Source: an uncultured Acidobacteriota bacterium (GTDB taxonomy: Bacteria; Acidobacteriota; Thermoanaerobaculia; UBA5066). Taken from it: a stretch of DNA of 64,000 bases. A model generated the notes under the pieces. That model made no database searches. It saw only the letters and a list, made by a program, of their open reading frames with translations, and was not told the origin of the DNA. The position numbers and the translations under genes are program-made. The stretch covers positions 1,568,001-1,632,000 of the forward strand of contig CAVZYA010000002.1 of NCBI GenBank assembly GCA_963779415.1. Reading direction: 5' to 3'. Positions 50,455 to 61,711 of this stretch are shown here, in pieces. The number at the start of each line of letters is the position of its first letter. Position 1 is the first letter of the stretch.

Positions 50455-52893
50455 ATGAGGCGCTGGGGCCTTCCGCTCGCCGGACTCTTCGGGCTCGTCG
50501 TCTACGCCGCCCTCCTGCCGCTCTTCCGGACGGTCCAGCCGGAGGGGCTCGCCATCACGCGAGCCGACGCCCGGCGCATCGCGGACGTCGAGGCGCGCGC
50601 CCTGAATGTCGACGTCGGCAGCGCCTTCGCCGTCACGACGTGGGAGAACTCCGACATCCTCGAGAAGGAGTTCCGGGGAGACGCGGCGCGGCGGCGCGCG
50701 GCGGAGCACGATCCGGTCGTCGGCCCGCGGCTCGCCGGCTTCAAGGTCACCTATTACCGGCCGGGACTCGAGAAGAACCCGCCCTGGGCGGAAGTCGTCG
50801 TCGGGGTCGACGGAAAGGTCCTCTGGGCGCTGCGCCGGTTCCGGGCGGAAGAGACCGGTTCGTCGCCGTCGGTTGAATCGCTGAGGCCGAAGGCCGACGG
50901 GTTCGTCCGGTCGCGCTCCTTCCCGGGCGCGCCGTCGCCCGTCTTCGAGGATGTCCGCCCGACCGTCCTCCGCGGCCGGACGGATCACGTCTTCCGGTAC
51001 CGGGTGAAGCCCGGCATCCCGACCGGCGACGTCGTCTTCTACCTCGGCGTTGAATACGCAGGAGACGACCTCGCCGGCTGGATCCTCCTCGAGGAGTATG
51101 CGGACGGACGGGGCTACCGGAGCGAATCGGGCGGAAACGTCGTGATCGCGTTCGTCCGCTTCGGCCTCCTTTTCGCCCTCCTGATCGGACTCGTCGTCGT
51201 CTTCCTCCGGAAGTACCACGCGGGCGAGGCCGGCGTCGAGACGGCCAGCGTCGTCTTCGCCGTCATGCTCGGCCTCTGCCTCGCGGCGGACGTCCTGACG
51301 GCGACCCTGTTCGGCTACGGGACGGGGCTCGGGAGCCTCGACGGGCGCTCGACGACCGTCGCGGCGGCGGGCTTCCGGTTTCTCTTCTTCGACCTTCCGC
51401 TCTCCCTTCTCGTGTTCGTGGCCTGGTCGGTCGGGGAGAGCGTCGCGCGCGAGCGGTGGGGGGCGCGGCTCGCCTCGTTCGACGCCATTCTGAAACGGGA
51501 CGTGCTCAACGCGACGGTCGGGAGCTCCGTCCTCGCGGGGGCCGCGGCGGCGCCGGCGATCGCGGCGGCGACGCTCCTCGCGGGCCTGCCGCTCCTCCTT
51601 TCGGGAAAGGCGCACCCGGCGCTCGGGGACGGGACGGTCCTGACCCTCGGATCGGCGGGGGGCTCGCTCACGGGAGTCGTCCTCTCGGCAGCGGATGCTC
51701 TGGCCGGATCCTCCGTCGTCCTCCTCTGCATCCTCGGCTCGTTCTGGCGGAAGGGGCGGATCGCCGCCGGCGCGATCCTCGCCGTGCTGGCCGGCGCCTT
51801 CACGATCGGCCTCCCGGCTCCGATCGGCCCGACGGCGGCCGAGATCGCCGCGGGGGCCGGGGGCGCCGTGGCGGTCATCGCCATCTTCCTCGCGTCGGAC
51901 CTCCTGGCGGCGGGCGTGGCGATCTTCGGCGCCGTCCTGATCTCCGGGTTCGCGCCGCTCCTTCCCGGGCTCTCCGGGCCCGCGCGGGTCGGGCCCGTCC
52001 TCGCGCTCCTCCTCCCGTTCGCCATTCTCGTCGCCGTGGGGGTGGCCGGCCTCGCGACGCGCCGCCGCGTTGAGTACGCCTACGACGATCTGGCGCCGCA
52101 CGTGAAGCGAATCATGGAGCGGGAGCGGATCAAGGCCGAGATCGATGCCGCAAACCGGATCCAGGCGGCGCTCCTCCCGAAGGACGATCCGGATCTTTCC
52201 GGCGCGACGATCGCCTCGCATTACCGGGCGGCGACGGAGATCGGCGGGGATTACTTCGATTTCCTCCCGCTTCCGGACGGCTCGCTGGGCCTCGTCTGCG
52301 GAGACGTCTCGGGGCACGGCCTGACGAGCGGGATCGTCATGGCCATGGCGAAGTCGGCCCTCCTCGTCCAGGTGGGCTACGACGCCTCCCCCCGTCGGGT
52401 CCTCGAGGTGCTGAACGACACGGTGATGAAGACGGCGCCGAAGCGGATTCTCATGACGTTCTTCTTCGGCGTCCTCGACCTCGCCGAGCAGCGCCTCGTC
52501 TACTCCTCGGCCGGCCACCTCGACCCGTACGTCTTTCGCGCGGGGACGGGGAGTATCGAGTCCCTCTCGGCGTGGGGCTTCCCGCTCGGGGTTAAGCGCC
52601 GGACCCCCTTCGTGGAGCACGAAGCCCGTTTCGAGCCGGGCGACCGGCTCGTCCTCTACAGCGACGGGCTCATCGAGGCTCTCGACGACGACGGGGAGCC
52701 TTTCGGCTTCGCGCGCTTCGAGGCGCTCCTGGCGAAGAACGGTGGCCGCTCCTCGGGCGAGATCCGGCGGGTCCTCCTCGACGCCGTCGCGACGTTCACC
52801 CGCAACCGGCCTCCCGAGGACGACCAGACCCTCGTCGTCGTCTCTTTCGAGGAGGCCGAAGAGGTTTCCGGACGCCTTCGCCGCGCGGTCTGA
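50455..52893 (+). CDS. Membrane-bound SpoIIE/PP2C phosphatase
   Basis: IGGDYFD, DVSGHG, YSDGLIEA, DDQT; many TM segments. Confidence 0.9.
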   Translation: MRRWGLPLAGLFGLVVYAALLPLFRTVQPEGLAITRADARRIADVEARALNVDVGSAFAVTTWENSDILEKEFRGDAARRRAAEHDPVVGPRLAGFKVTYYRPGLEKNPPWAEVVVGVDGKVLWALRRFRAEETGSSPSVESLRPKADGFVRSRSFPGAPSPVFEDVRPTVLRGRTDHVFRYRVKPGIPTGDVVFYLGVEYAGDDLAGWILLEEYADGRGYRSESGGNVVIAFVRFGLLFALLIGLVVVFLRKYHAGEAGVETASVVFAVMLGLCLAADVLTATLFGYGTGLGSLDGRSTTVAAAGFRFLFFDLPLSLLVFVAWSVGESVARERWGARLASFDAILKRDVLNATVGSSVLAGAAAAPAIAAATLLAGLPLLLSGKAHPALGDGTVLTLGSAGGSLTGVVLSAADALAGSSVVLLCILGSFWRKGRIAAGAILAVLAGAFTIGLPAPIGPTAAEIAAGAGGAVAVIAIFLASDLLAAGVAIFGAVLISGFAPLLPGLSGPARVGPVLALLLPFAILVAVGVAGLATRRRVEYAYDDLAPHVKRIMERERIKAEIDAANRIQAALLPKDDPDLSGATIASHYRAATEIGGDYFDFLPLPDGSLGLVCGDVSGHGLTSGIVMAMAKSALLVQVGYDASPRRVLEVLNDTVMKTAPKRILMTFFFGVLDLAEQRLVYSSAGHLDPYVFRAGTGSIESLSAWGFPLGVKRRTPFVEHEARFEPGDRLVLYSDGLIEALDDDGEPFGFARFEALLAKNGGRSSGEIRRVLLDAVATFTRNRPPEDDQTLVVVSFEEAEEVSGRLRRAV

Positions 52894-52923
52894 GAGGGAT
52901 CGGCGATGTAAAATGACCGTTCC

Positions 52924-53787
52924 ATGACGAAAGGAGTCCATCACGTGAAGACACTCGCGAGGGGAACGCTGGTTCTCCTGTTTGCGGCGGCCACGGCCCG
53001 GGCGCAGTTCGAGGGCGAGGCCGACATGAAGATCACGGTGACCGGTGGCGCCAAGGGAATGTCGACGACGGGCGCCGGAAAGACCTACATCTCGAAGATC
53101 GGGTGGCGGAGCGAGATCGAGATGTCGAACCCCCAGATGGCTGCGATGAACGGCGGCAAGCCGTTCCGGATGGTCAGCCTCGGCAAGCTCGCGGATCCCG
53201 ACCTCATGTACACGGTGAACGACTCGACGAAGACCTACGCCGTGATCAACGCCAAGGAGATGCGCGAGATGGCGGCGAAGATCGACAAGAAGGAGAAGAA
53301 GTTCGCCGTCGAGAAGCTCGGCAGGGACCACGTGGCGGGCCTCGCCTGCGAGAAGGTCCACGTGGCCGAGGAGGGCGGCGGGATGGTGATCGACGCCTGC
53401 ATGTCGAAGGAGTTCGCGAGCGGTGAGTGGATGAAGGCGATGAACCGCGGCGGCCGCGGCGCGGGAGACTGGATGAAAGCCGTCCGCGACGCCGGCGTCG
53501 ACGGATACCCGGTCCGGATGACGATGACGTCGAAGGAAATGACGGGAGCGACGACGTCGATGGAGATCACGAAGGTCGAGCGGAAGAGCATTCCCGCCTC
53601 GATGTTCGAGGTCCCGCGCGGCTACAAGGAGACGAGCGTCATGGGCGCGATGGCCCAGTCTCCCGAGCAGGCCAAGCAGATGGAGGACGCCCAGAAGCAG
53701 CTCCAGAAGGCGATGGAGAACATGACTCCCGAGCAGCGCAAGATGCTCGAGGAGATGATGAAGAAGCAGGCGCCTCCGAAGCAGTAG
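52924..53787 (+). CDS. Exported DUF4412-like protein
   Basis: Signal peptide; VAGLACEK, PASMFEVPRGYK. Confidence 0.75.
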   Translation: MTKGVHHVKTLARGTLVLLFAAATARAQFEGEADMKITVTGGAKGMSTTGAGKTYISKIGWRSEIEMSNPQMAAMNGGKPFRMVSLGKLADPDLMYTVNDSTKTYAVINAKEMREMAAKIDKKEKKFAVEKLGRDHVAGLACEKVHVAEEGGGMVIDACMSKEFASGEWMKAMNRGGRGAGDWMKAVRDAGVDGYPVRMTMTSKEMTGATTSMEITKVERKSIPASMFEVPRGYKETSVMGAMAQSPEQAKQMEDAQKQLQKAMENMTPEQRKMLEEMMKKQAPPKQ

Positions 53788-53799
53788 GGAGTCTTCGCG

Positions 53800-54216
53800 T
53801 CAGGCCGAGGAGTTTTTTCCGTTCCCGCCCAGACGCGTCTGGAGGTCGTCGACGAAGGAGAGTACGGTGCTCCGGTCGGCGGTCGCGGGGACCTTCACGG
53901 TGACGGCCTCGTCCCCCTTCCGGATCGTGATCTCGACGTCGCGGTCCCGTCCGTGCGTGATCCAGCCGTTGATCACTTCGATCAGCTTCGGGAGGACGTT
54001 CGGGAGGATCGCGACGAGGAGCGAGCCGGCGATGACGGCCTCGGGGGAGCGGGTGCCGGCGGGGGCCGGCCCGCCGGACACGAACTCGACGGACTCGACG
54101 TGGAGACCGGCGATCTCGCGCCGGAGGCTCCGCGTCCGCTCCTCGAGCTCGCGCGAGTCCGATCCCGGGCCCGGATCGATCCTGACCTTCAGACTCAGCG
54201 GCTCCGAAACCGACAT
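53800..54216 (-). CDS. EACC1-like (effector-associated constant component) protein
   Basis: TRSLRREI...GPAPAGTRS...GSLLVA...W...ITI; resemblance recalled, not searched. Confidence 0.55.
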   Translation of the reverse strand: MSVSEPLSLKVRIDPGPGSDSRELEERTRSLRREIAGLHVESVEFVSGGPAPAGTRSPEAVIAGSLLVAILPNVLPKLIEVINGWITHGRDRDVEITIRKGDEAVTVKVPATADRSTVLSFVDDLQTRLGGNGKNSSA

Positions 54217-54275
54217 GGAACGACCCTCCCTGCGATCGCCGGCGATTCTAGCGCCGGGACGCGGGCCTCTCCCGC

Positions 54276-56141
54276 TCAGGCGGCGGCTTCCCGGTCCTTG
54301 AGCTGCAGGGCGTAGAGACGGGCGTAGAGGCCCCCCTTCGCGAGGAGCTCCTCGTGCGTCCCCGACTCCCGCACTTCGCCGTGGCCGAGGACGAGGATGT
54401 CGTCGGCGCGGACGATGGTCGAGAGGCGGTGCGCCACGACGATGGAGGTGCGGCCCGCGAGGAGGCGCGCCACGGCCTGCTCGATCAGCGCCTCCGTCTC
54501 CGGGTCGACGCTGGAGGTCGCCTCGTCGAGGATCAGGAGGCGGGGGTCGCGGGCGAGGGCGCGCGCGAACGAGACGAGCTGCTTCTCGCCGACGGAGAGG
54601 CCGCCGCCCCGCTCGGTCAGGCGCGCGTCGAGCCCTTCGGGGAGCCGGTCGAGGAGGCGCCCCAGGCCCACCTCGCGGCAGGCCGCCTCGATGGCCGCGC
54701 GCGGGATGGCGGGGTCGAAGAAGGAGACGTTCTCGGCGATCGTCCCGGTGAAGAGGAAGGTGTCCTGCTGGACGATGCCGAAACGCTCGCGGAAGCGGAC
54801 CGGGTCGAAGCGGCGGACGTCGACGCCGTCCACGTGAACGCTCCCCGCCGTCACGTCGTAAAAGCGGAGGAGGAGGTTCAGGATCGTCGACTTTCCGGCG
54901 CCGGTCGCCCCGACGAGCGCGACCGTCTGCCCCGGCGGGACGCGGAACGAGACCCCCTTGAGGATCTCCTGCCCCGGCTTGTACGAGAAGCGGACGCCGT
55001 CGAAGACGACGTCGCCGGCGAAAGGAGAAGGGACGGGGACGGGATCGGAAGGCGCGGTGATCGAGGGCTTCGTGTCGAGGAGCTGGAAGATCCGTTCGGA
55101 GGAGGCCATGGCCGCCTGCAGGATGTTGTACTTCTCTGACAGGTCCATCAGCGGCCGGTAGAAGCGTTTCGAGTACTGGAGGAAGGCCACGACCGCACCG
55201 ATCGTCATCGAGCCCCGGACGACCTCGCCGCCGCCGTACCAGAGGATGGCCGCCATCCCGACGGCCGAGAGGAAGTCGACCGCGGGGTAGAAGACGGAGT
55301 AGTAGAAGATCGATTCGATGTTGGCGGCGCGGTGCGCATCGTTCACCGCGTCGAAGTCGCGGCGGGCCACCGGCTCCCGCCGGAAGAGCTGGACGACCCC
55401 GATGCCGGAGAGGTGCTCCTGGAGAAAGGCGTTGACGCGGGCGATCTTGACGCGGACGTCGCGGTAGGTGTCGCGCGCCCCCTTCCGGAACCAGTTCGTC
55501 ACGAGGAGCATCGGGACGAGGACGGCGAAGGTCACCGCGGCGAGCGGCGGGTTCATGGCGACGAGGACGCCGACGATCCCGACGAGGACGAGGACGTCGC
55601 CCATGAGCGCCACGAAGCCCGAGGTGAAGAGCTCGTTCAGGGCTTCGACGTCGGTCGTCAGCCGCGTCATGAGCCGGCCGACGGGAGTCCGGTCGAAGAG
55701 GGCGACGTCCGCCCGCTGCAGGTGGCCGAAGATCGCCTTCCGAAGGTCGTACATCACCCCTTGCCCCATCCGCGAGGTCCACGTCACCATCACGAACGCG
55801 ACGCCGAAGAGAAGGATCGTCGTCAGGAGGTAGAGGCCGGCGATCCACTCCATCCCGTGCGGCCCGGTGACGTCGACGCCCGCGAGGGCGAAGAACCAGG
55901 CCACGCCCCGCGCCGCCGGGTCGGCGCCCGTCTTCTCCTTCGTGAAGAGAAGGTCGATCGCGGCGGCCGTCAACAGCGGCCCGGCGAGCTGAAGGACCGA
56001 CTCGGCGAGGAGGCCGGCGACCGAGCCCGCGACGTACCGCCGGTACGGGATGGCGAGCGTCAGAAGCCGGCGGAAGAGACGCGGCTCGAAGGCCTTTCCG
56101 AAGGCCTCTTCCTCGTGCGGGCTCGCGACGAGGTCGGCCAT
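54276..56141 (-). CDS. ABC exporter, fused TMD-NBD
   Basis: GATGAGKST, LSVGEKQ, LILDEAT, AHRLST. Confidence 0.93.
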   Translation of the reverse strand: MADLVASPHEEEAFGKAFEPRLFRRLLTLAIPYRRYVAGSVAGLLAESVLQLAGPLLTAAAIDLLFTKEKTGADPAARGVAWFFALAGVDVTGPHGMEWIAGLYLLTTILLFGVAFVMVTWTSRMGQGVMYDLRKAIFGHLQRADVALFDRTPVGRLMTRLTTDVEALNELFTSGFVALMGDVLVLVGIVGVLVAMNPPLAAVTFAVLVPMLLVTNWFRKGARDTYRDVRVKIARVNAFLQEHLSGIGVVQLFRREPVARRDFDAVNDAHRAANIESIFYYSVFYPAVDFLSAVGMAAILWYGGGEVVRGSMTIGAVVAFLQYSKRFYRPLMDLSEKYNILQAAMASSERIFQLLDTKPSITAPSDPVPVPSPFAGDVVFDGVRFSYKPGQEILKGVSFRVPPGQTVALVGATGAGKSTILNLLLRFYDVTAGSVHVDGVDVRRFDPVRFRERFGIVQQDTFLFTGTIAENVSFFDPAIPRAAIEAACREVGLGRLLDRLPEGLDARLTERGGGLSVGEKQLVSFARALARDPRLLILDEATSSVDPETEALIEQAVARLLAGRTSIVVAHRLSTIVRADDILVLGHGEVRESGTHEELLAKGGLYARLYALQLKDREAAA

Positions 56142-57871
56142 CAGGCGGCCTCGACTTCCTCGGCGAGCCGCTGGCGTTCGGCCAGCTCGGCGTAGACGCC
56201 GCCCTGTGCGAGCAGCTCGTCGTGCGTCCCCGTCTCCGCGACCCGGCCGTTCTCGAGTACGACGATGAGGTCGGCGTTCCGGAGCGTGGAGAGGCGGTGC
56301 GAGACGAGAAAGACGGTCCGGCCGGCCGCGGCGTCCTTCAGCCCGGAGAGAATTCGCGCCTCGGTCTCGGTGTCGACCGAGGAGAACGCGTCGTCGAGGA
56401 TCAGGATGGGGGCTTCGGTGAGGAGGGCCCGGGCCAGCGCCAGGCGCTGCTTCTGCCCTCCGGAGAGGGTGATTCCCCGCTCACCGACGATCGTATCGAG
56501 CCCCTTCGGGAACTGCTCCACGTCCCCCTCCAGGCCCGCCGCCTTCACGACCCGCTCGATCTCCGCCCTCGGGGCGTCGGGGCGGCCGAATGCCACGTTC
56601 CCGGCGAGGGTGTCCGAGAAGAGGAAAGTCTCCTGCGGGACGACGGCGGCGCTCCGGCGAAGGACGGGAAGGGGAACTTCCGTCACGTCGCGTCCGCCGA
56701 CGAAGATCGTCCCCGGCTGCGGCTCGTCGAGCCGGAGAAGGAGGGAGAGAATCGTCGATTTTCCGGCTCCCGTCCGCCCGACGAGGGCGACCGTCCGGGC
56801 CGGCGGGACCCGGAACGAAATGCCCGAGAGGATCGGCCGGCCGCCGCCGTAGGAGAAAGCCAGCTCCCGGAACTCGATCTCTCCGGCGAGAACACCGCCC
56901 GGGTCGCGCTCGTCGGGAAGTGGAGAGGCCTCCCAGAGGTCGAGCATACGGTTCCACGATGCGGCCCCCCGCTGCCAGAGATTGACCACCCATCCGAGCG
57001 CCATGGCCGGCCAGATCATCTCCATCAGGTAGAGGTTGAACTCGACGTACCGGGCGACCGTCAGCTTTCCGGCGAGGATCTGCCGGCCGCCCGCCCAGAG
57101 CGTCAGGGCGAAGCCGGACTCGACGATGAGCCGGAGCATCGGCATGTAGAGGGCGTTCAACCGGGCGAGGCCGAGGTTCCGGCGGCGAAGCTCGCGGTTC
57201 TTCGGATCGAAGCGAGCCTCTTCCTCGGCCTCGCGGGCGAAGGCGCGGACGAGCCGGGCGCCGGAGAAGTTCTCCTGCGCCTCGGCCGAGACCTCGCTGA
57301 AGAACTCCTGGATCTTCGTGAATCGGCGGTGCGTGGCCTGCCCGACGACCTTCGTGACGATGGCCACGACGGGAAGGACCGAGAGAGCGACGAGCGAGAG
57401 GTAGGGCGAGACGAGGAACATCAGGACGCACGCCGCGCTCCCGACGAGGATCGTGTTTCCTCCCTGCATTATCCCCGGGCCGATCATCATCCGGACGGCC
57501 GCCAGGTCGTTCACCGCCCGGGACATCAGGTCCCCGACGCGGTTCTTCCGGTACCAGACCGGGGGCAGACGCAGAAGATGCGCGAGGAGGTCGCCGCGCA
57601 TCTCGTACTCGACCTCCCGCGAAGCCCCGATCAGGAGCCGCCGCGTCACGAAGAGGCAGATCGCGTCGCCGACGGCGAGGAGGACGATGATCCCCGCAGC
57701 CCGGCCGACCCGCCCGGTCGAGACACCCGAGGAGAGTTCGGCGATCGCCTGTCCGACGAGCCGAGGCATCGCGAGGAAGAGCGCCGTGGAGCCCGCCATA
57801 GCCAGGAAACCCCAGACGTACGGGCCTGGGCGACGACGGAAATAGCTTAGAAAGCGGGTGAAATCCCTCAA
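56141..57871 (-). CDS. ABC exporter, fused TMD-NBD (degenerate-site partner)
   Basis: [24 protein letters not shown]; likely heterodimer with the adjacent gene. Confidence 0.93.
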   Translation of the reverse strand: MRDFTRFLSYFRRRPGPYVWGFLAMAGSTALFLAMPRLVGQAIAELSSGVSTGRVGRAAGIIVLLAVGDAICLFVTRRLLIGASREVEYEMRGDLLAHLLRLPPVWYRKNRVGDLMSRAVNDLAAVRMMIGPGIMQGGNTILVGSAACVLMFLVSPYLSLVALSVLPVVAIVTKVVGQATHRRFTKIQEFFSEVSAEAQENFSGARLVRAFAREAEEEARFDPKNRELRRRNLGLARLNALYMPMLRLIVESGFALTLWAGGRQILAGKLTVARYVEFNLYLMEMIWPAMALGWVVNLWQRGAASWNRMLDLWEASPLPDERDPGGVLAGEIEFRELAFSYGGGRPILSGISFRVPPARTVALVGRTGAGKSTILSLLLRLDEPQPGTIFVGGRDVTEVPLPVLRRSAAVVPQETFLFSDTLAGNVAFGRPDAPRAEIERVVKAAGLEGDVEQFPKGLDTIVGERGITLSGGQKQRLALARALLTEAPILILDDAFSSVDTETEARILSGLKDAAAGRTVFLVSHRLSTLRNADLIVVLENGRVAETGTHDELLAQGGVYAELAERQRLAEEVEAA

Positions 57872-57937
57872 GTGATTCTCGGGGGTGCGGGCGCTGCTCC
57901 AGGCCCGCGCCGCGTGTCGGTATTCTACCGGACGTCG

Positions 57938-60331
57938 ATGACTCCCAACTCTTCTCTTCCCGGCCTTCCGTCCCTCCCGGCGATGCCGCAGCGCGGCGAG
58001 ATCGACCCGATCTGCGGCATGACGGTCGATCCGGCGCGCGCCGCGGCCGTCCGCGAGGAAGACGGGAAGAAGATCTACTTCTGCTCGGTCAAGTGCGCGG
58101 AGAAGTGGGAGCGCCGCCGGAGCGACGCGCCCGAGCCGGTCGCTGCGGCAGGGACCGACTGGGTCTGCCCGATGGACCCTGAAGTCCGCGAGAAGAAGCC
58201 CGGCCCCTGCCCGGTCTGCGGCATGGCGCTGGAGCCGGAAGACGTCGCGGCCGCGGGAAGCCAGGACGACTCCGAGCTGAGGGACATGTCGCGGCGCTTC
58301 TGGATCAGCCTCGTGCTGACAGCTCCGCTGATGTTCTTCGAAATGGTCGCGATGTGGTCGCCTCGGCTGGCCGAGACCCTCTCGCCGCGCCTGTCGCTGG
58401 CGATCCAGTTCTTTCTCGCGACGCCCGTGGTGCTCTGGGGCGGCGCCCCGTTCTTCGAGAGAGCGTGGACTTCGCTGAAGACGCGCCGCCTGAACATGTT
58501 CACCTTGATCGGCCTCGGGACGGGGACCGCATACATCTATAGCGTCGCGGTGACGGCCGCGGGAGTCTTCTCTTTCTTTCCAAGAGAATCTTCAGGCCCT
58601 CACGCAAGCCACAATGTCTACTTTGAAGCGGCGGCCGGGATCACGACGCTCGTCCTCCTCGGGCAGGTGCTGGAGCTGCGCGCGCGGCGGAAGACTTCGG
58701 ATGCGATCCGCGCCCTGATGGATCTATCGCCGAAGACGGCGCGGCTCGTCGTCGGGAACGCCGAGCGGGACGTGCCGGTCGCCGACGTGATGAAGGGCGC
58801 CGTCCTCCGCGTCCGCCCGGGGGAGAAGGTGCCGGTGGACGGCGTCGTCCTCGAGGGGGCGAGCGGGGTGGACGAGTCGATGGTCACCGGGGAGCCGATC
58901 CCGGTCGCGAAGAGCGCCGGGAGCCGGGTGACGGGCGGGACCCTGAACGGCCCGGGCTCGTTCCTGATGCGGGCCGAGCGCGTCGGGAGCCAGACCGTTC
59001 TTTCGCAGATCGTGAAGCTCGTCGGCGAGGCGCAGCGGAGCCGCGCTCCTGTCCAGCGGCTCGCGGACTCGGTCGCGGCGCTCTTCGTCCCGGCCGTCGT
59101 CGCCGTCGCGCTCGTCGCGTTCCTCGCCTGGCTCGCCGTCGGTCCCGAGCCGCGGTTTCAGAACGCCCTCGTCGCCGCCGTCGCCGTCCTCATCATCGCC
59201 TGCCCTTGCGCCCTCGGCCTCGCGACGCCGATTTCGATCATGGTCGCGACGGGACGCGGGGCGCTCTCCGGCGTCCTCGTGAAGAACGCCGAGGCGCTGG
59301 AGCGGCTCGCGGCGGTCGACACGCTCGTTCTGGACAAGACGGGAACGCTGACGGAGGGGAAACCTAAGGTGACCAGAATTCGCGCCTTCGGCGCCATCAC
59401 GGAAAACGAGATTCTGATACTCGCTGCTGCGGTCGAGCGCCTGAGCGAGCATCCGCTGGCTTCCGCCATTGTTGCGGCGGCCAGGGAACGGAATCTGGCG
59501 ATTCCGCGCGCCGAGGATTTCGTTTCTGTTCCCGGGCAGGGTGTCAGGGCCGTCGTCGAAAGTCATGTCGTGGCGGTTGGAACGAAGTCTTTCTTAGAAG
59601 GTGGAGGGAACGAACAGCGCCCGACTAGAGTTTCGGCCGCGGGTGTACACGGGTCATTCGAAGAAATTTCCCGGTCGTTCTCTTCGGACGTTACAGAGGT
59701 GGGATCGGTGGGCGCCGGAGAGACTCCTCTGTTTGTCTCCCTCAATGGAAAGCTCTCGGGGGCCCTCTTCCTCTCGGACCCCCTGAAGCCCTCCGCCGCG
59801 CCGGCGGTCGCCGCGCTGCACGCGGCCGGTCTTCGACTCGTCATGTTGACCGGCGACCGGCGGGAGGCGGCCGAGGCGGTGGCGCGCGCCGTCGGAATCG
59901 ACGAGGTGCGGGCGGAGGTGCTTCCCGCAGGGAAGAAGGAGGCGGTCGAAGCTCTCCGGGGCGAAGGACACGTCGTGGCGATGGCGGGCGACGGCGTGAA
60001 CGACGCCCCGGCGCTCGCGGCGGCCGACGTCGGGATCGCGATGGGGACGGGGACCGATGTCGCGATGGAGAGCGCGGGAATCACGCTCCTTTCGGGCGAC
60101 CTCGCGGGGATCGTCCGGGCGCGAAGGCTCTCCCAGGCGACCCTCCGGAACATCCGCCAGAACCTCCTCTTCGCCTTCGCCTACAACTCGGTCGGCGTCC
60201 CGATCGCGGCGGGCGTGCTCTACCCGTTTTTCGGCATCCTCCTGTCGCCCGTCATCGCCAGCGCGGCGATGACCTTCAGCTCCGTCTCCGTCATCTCGAA
60301 CGCGCTTCGCCTCCGGCGACTGAAGCTCTGA
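57938..60331 (+). CDS. copA: Cu(I)-type P1B ATPase with YHS and heavy-metal-binding N-terminus
   Basis: [35 protein letters not shown]. Confidence 0.92.
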   Translation: MTPNSSLPGLPSLPAMPQRGEIDPICGMTVDPARAAAVREEDGKKIYFCSVKCAEKWERRRSDAPEPVAAAGTDWVCPMDPEVREKKPGPCPVCGMALEPEDVAAAGSQDDSELRDMSRRFWISLVLTAPLMFFEMVAMWSPRLAETLSPRLSLAIQFFLATPVVLWGGAPFFERAWTSLKTRRLNMFTLIGLGTGTAYIYSVAVTAAGVFSFFPRESSGPHASHNVYFEAAAGITTLVLLGQVLELRARRKTSDAIRALMDLSPKTARLVVGNAERDVPVADVMKGAVLRVRPGEKVPVDGVVLEGASGVDESMVTGEPIPVAKSAGSRVTGGTLNGPGSFLMRAERVGSQTVLSQIVKLVGEAQRSRAPVQRLADSVAALFVPAVVAVALVAFLAWLAVGPEPRFQNALVAAVAVLIIACPCALGLATPISIMVATGRGALSGVLVKNAEALERLAAVDTLVLDKTGTLTEGKPKVTRIRAFGAITENEILILAAAVERLSEHPLASAIVAAARERNLAIPRAEDFVSVPGQGVRAVVESHVVAVGTKSFLEGGGNEQRPTRVSAAGVHGSFEEISRSFSSDVTEVGSVGAGETPLFVSLNGKLSGALFLSDPLKPSAAPAVAALHAAGLRLVMLTGDRREAAEAVARAVGIDEVRAEVLPAGKKEAVEALRGEGHVVAMAGDGVNDAPALAAADVGIAMGTGTDVAMESAGITLLSGDLAGIVRARRLSQATLRNIRQNLLFAFAYNSVGVPIAAGVLYPFFGILLSPVIASAAMTFSSVSVISNALRLRRLKL

Positions 60332-60437
60332 TCGGCTTGGGGCAGCGGCGCTTCCGGCGTGCCGTGCCACCGGTCGCGGCCGCACTCCCCGAAAGGCGGC
60401 GTATCCTCTGCGCGGCTTTCACCCTTCGAAGGACGAC

Positions 60438-60941
60438 ATGAGATTCAGGTCTTCCCGTTTTCTTTTCGGCCTGCCCCTTTTCGACGTCGTCATTCCCGGA
60501 CCGGTCCAGCCGGGCTCCGCTCCCGAGCGGCCCGTCGCGCGGGGATGGGTCGCGGTCGGCCCCGTCGCGATCGGCCTCGTCTCTTTCGGCGGACTTTCCG
60601 TCGGTGGTCTGGCCCTGGGTGGTCTCGCTCTCGGTCTGTTTCCCCTCGGCGGCGTCGCCGTGGGCGCGATCGCCATGGGAGGTGCCGCCATCGGGTACTG
60701 GGCGGTCGGGGGTGCGGCGATCGCCGCCCACGCGGCTCTCGGGGGGTTGGCCGCGGCGGCTACATACGCTCAAGGGGGCGCGGCCTTCGCGGAGCACGCA
60801 AACGACGCCGCTGCACGGGAGTTCTTCTCGTCCGGCTTCATCCTGCCGGCGCTTCGCCACCTGGCCGGGCATTCAAGCTGGTTCCTGCTCCTCCTAATCT
60901 TTTTGCTCCCCTTCTTCGCCAAGAGACGTTCGGACGCCTGA
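60438..60941 (+). CDS. Gly/Ala-rich membrane protein
   Basis: ARGWVAVG..AIG followed by repeated GGxAxG. Confidence 0.65.
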   Translation: MRFRSSRFLFGLPLFDVVIPGPVQPGSAPERPVARGWVAVGPVAIGLVSFGGLSVGGLALGGLALGLFPLGGVAVGAIAMGGAAIGYWAVGGAAIAAHAALGGLAAAATYAQGGAAFAEHANDAAAREFFSSGFILPALRHLAGHSSWFLLLLIFLLPFFAKRRSDA

Positions 60942-61147
60942 CCCTGCGTTCGCGCCGAACGGCGTGGCGTCTCATTTCTCTCTACGTTGCATCCCGCTTT
61001 GGGCTCGACATCGAGGCCCTTCGTATGGAGTAACGCCTGGCACGGCTACTGCGGCGGTTGATTGAGGCGCATCATTGGCGGGGAGGGGACCCTGAGGGGG
61101 AAAATGCTCGGGAAAGGCGGGCGCTCCGGCGCCTGACGGTGAGCAGC

Positions 61148-61705
61148 ATGACATCGACGGTTCTCGTCGTCCTCGTCCTCGCGGTGGCCGCCCTCGCCCT
61201 CCTCGGCGGGTGGCTGGTGCCGACGTGGCGGCGGTGGCGCGGGGCGCGTGTCATCAACTGCCCGGAGACGAACGATCCCCAGACGGTGCGTATCGACGCG
61301 AAGCACGCCGCGCTGACTTCGGTCGGGGCCCTTCCGGAGCTTCGCCTCGAGTCGTGCACGCGTTGGCCCGAGCGTCAGGACTGCGGGCAGGACTGCCTCA
61401 AGCAGATCGAGAACTCTCCTTACGGCTGCCTCGTGAAGTCGATGGTCGTGGAGTGGTACGTCGGCAAGAACTGCGTCTTCTGCGGGAAGGCGATCGTCGT
61501 CGCGGGAGTCGCGGAACACGCTCCGGCGCTCGTCGCGCCGGACGGCACGACCGTCCTCTGGAAGGACCTCCGGCCCGAGAGCCTCCCGGAGATCTTCCGG
61601 ACGCACAAGGCCGCCTGCTGGAACTGCCATGTCGCGGAGAGCGTCGTCCGGAAGCACCCGGAGGTCGTGACCGTCCGTCCCGAGCGCGACCAGCTCATCC
61701 ACTAA
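61148..61705 (+). CDS. Membrane-anchored Cys-rich protein
   Basis: N-terminal TM; CPET, CTRWP..CGQDC, CVFC, CWNCH. Confidence 0.7.
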   Translation: MTSTVLVVLVLAVAALALLGGWLVPTWRRWRGARVINCPETNDPQTVRIDAKHAALTSVGALPELRLESCTRWPERQDCGQDCLKQIENSPYGCLVKSMVVEWYVGKNCVFCGKAIVVAGVAEHAPALVAPDGTTVLWKDLRPESLPEIFRTHKAACWNCHVAESVVRKHPEVVTVRPERDQLIH

Positions 61706-61711
61706 AGGACC

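Noticed and set aside
50296-53361. 1021-aa and other long antisense ORFs in the track
   Set aside because: Shadow ORFs of high-GC genes; Arg/Pro-rich with no recognisable motifs
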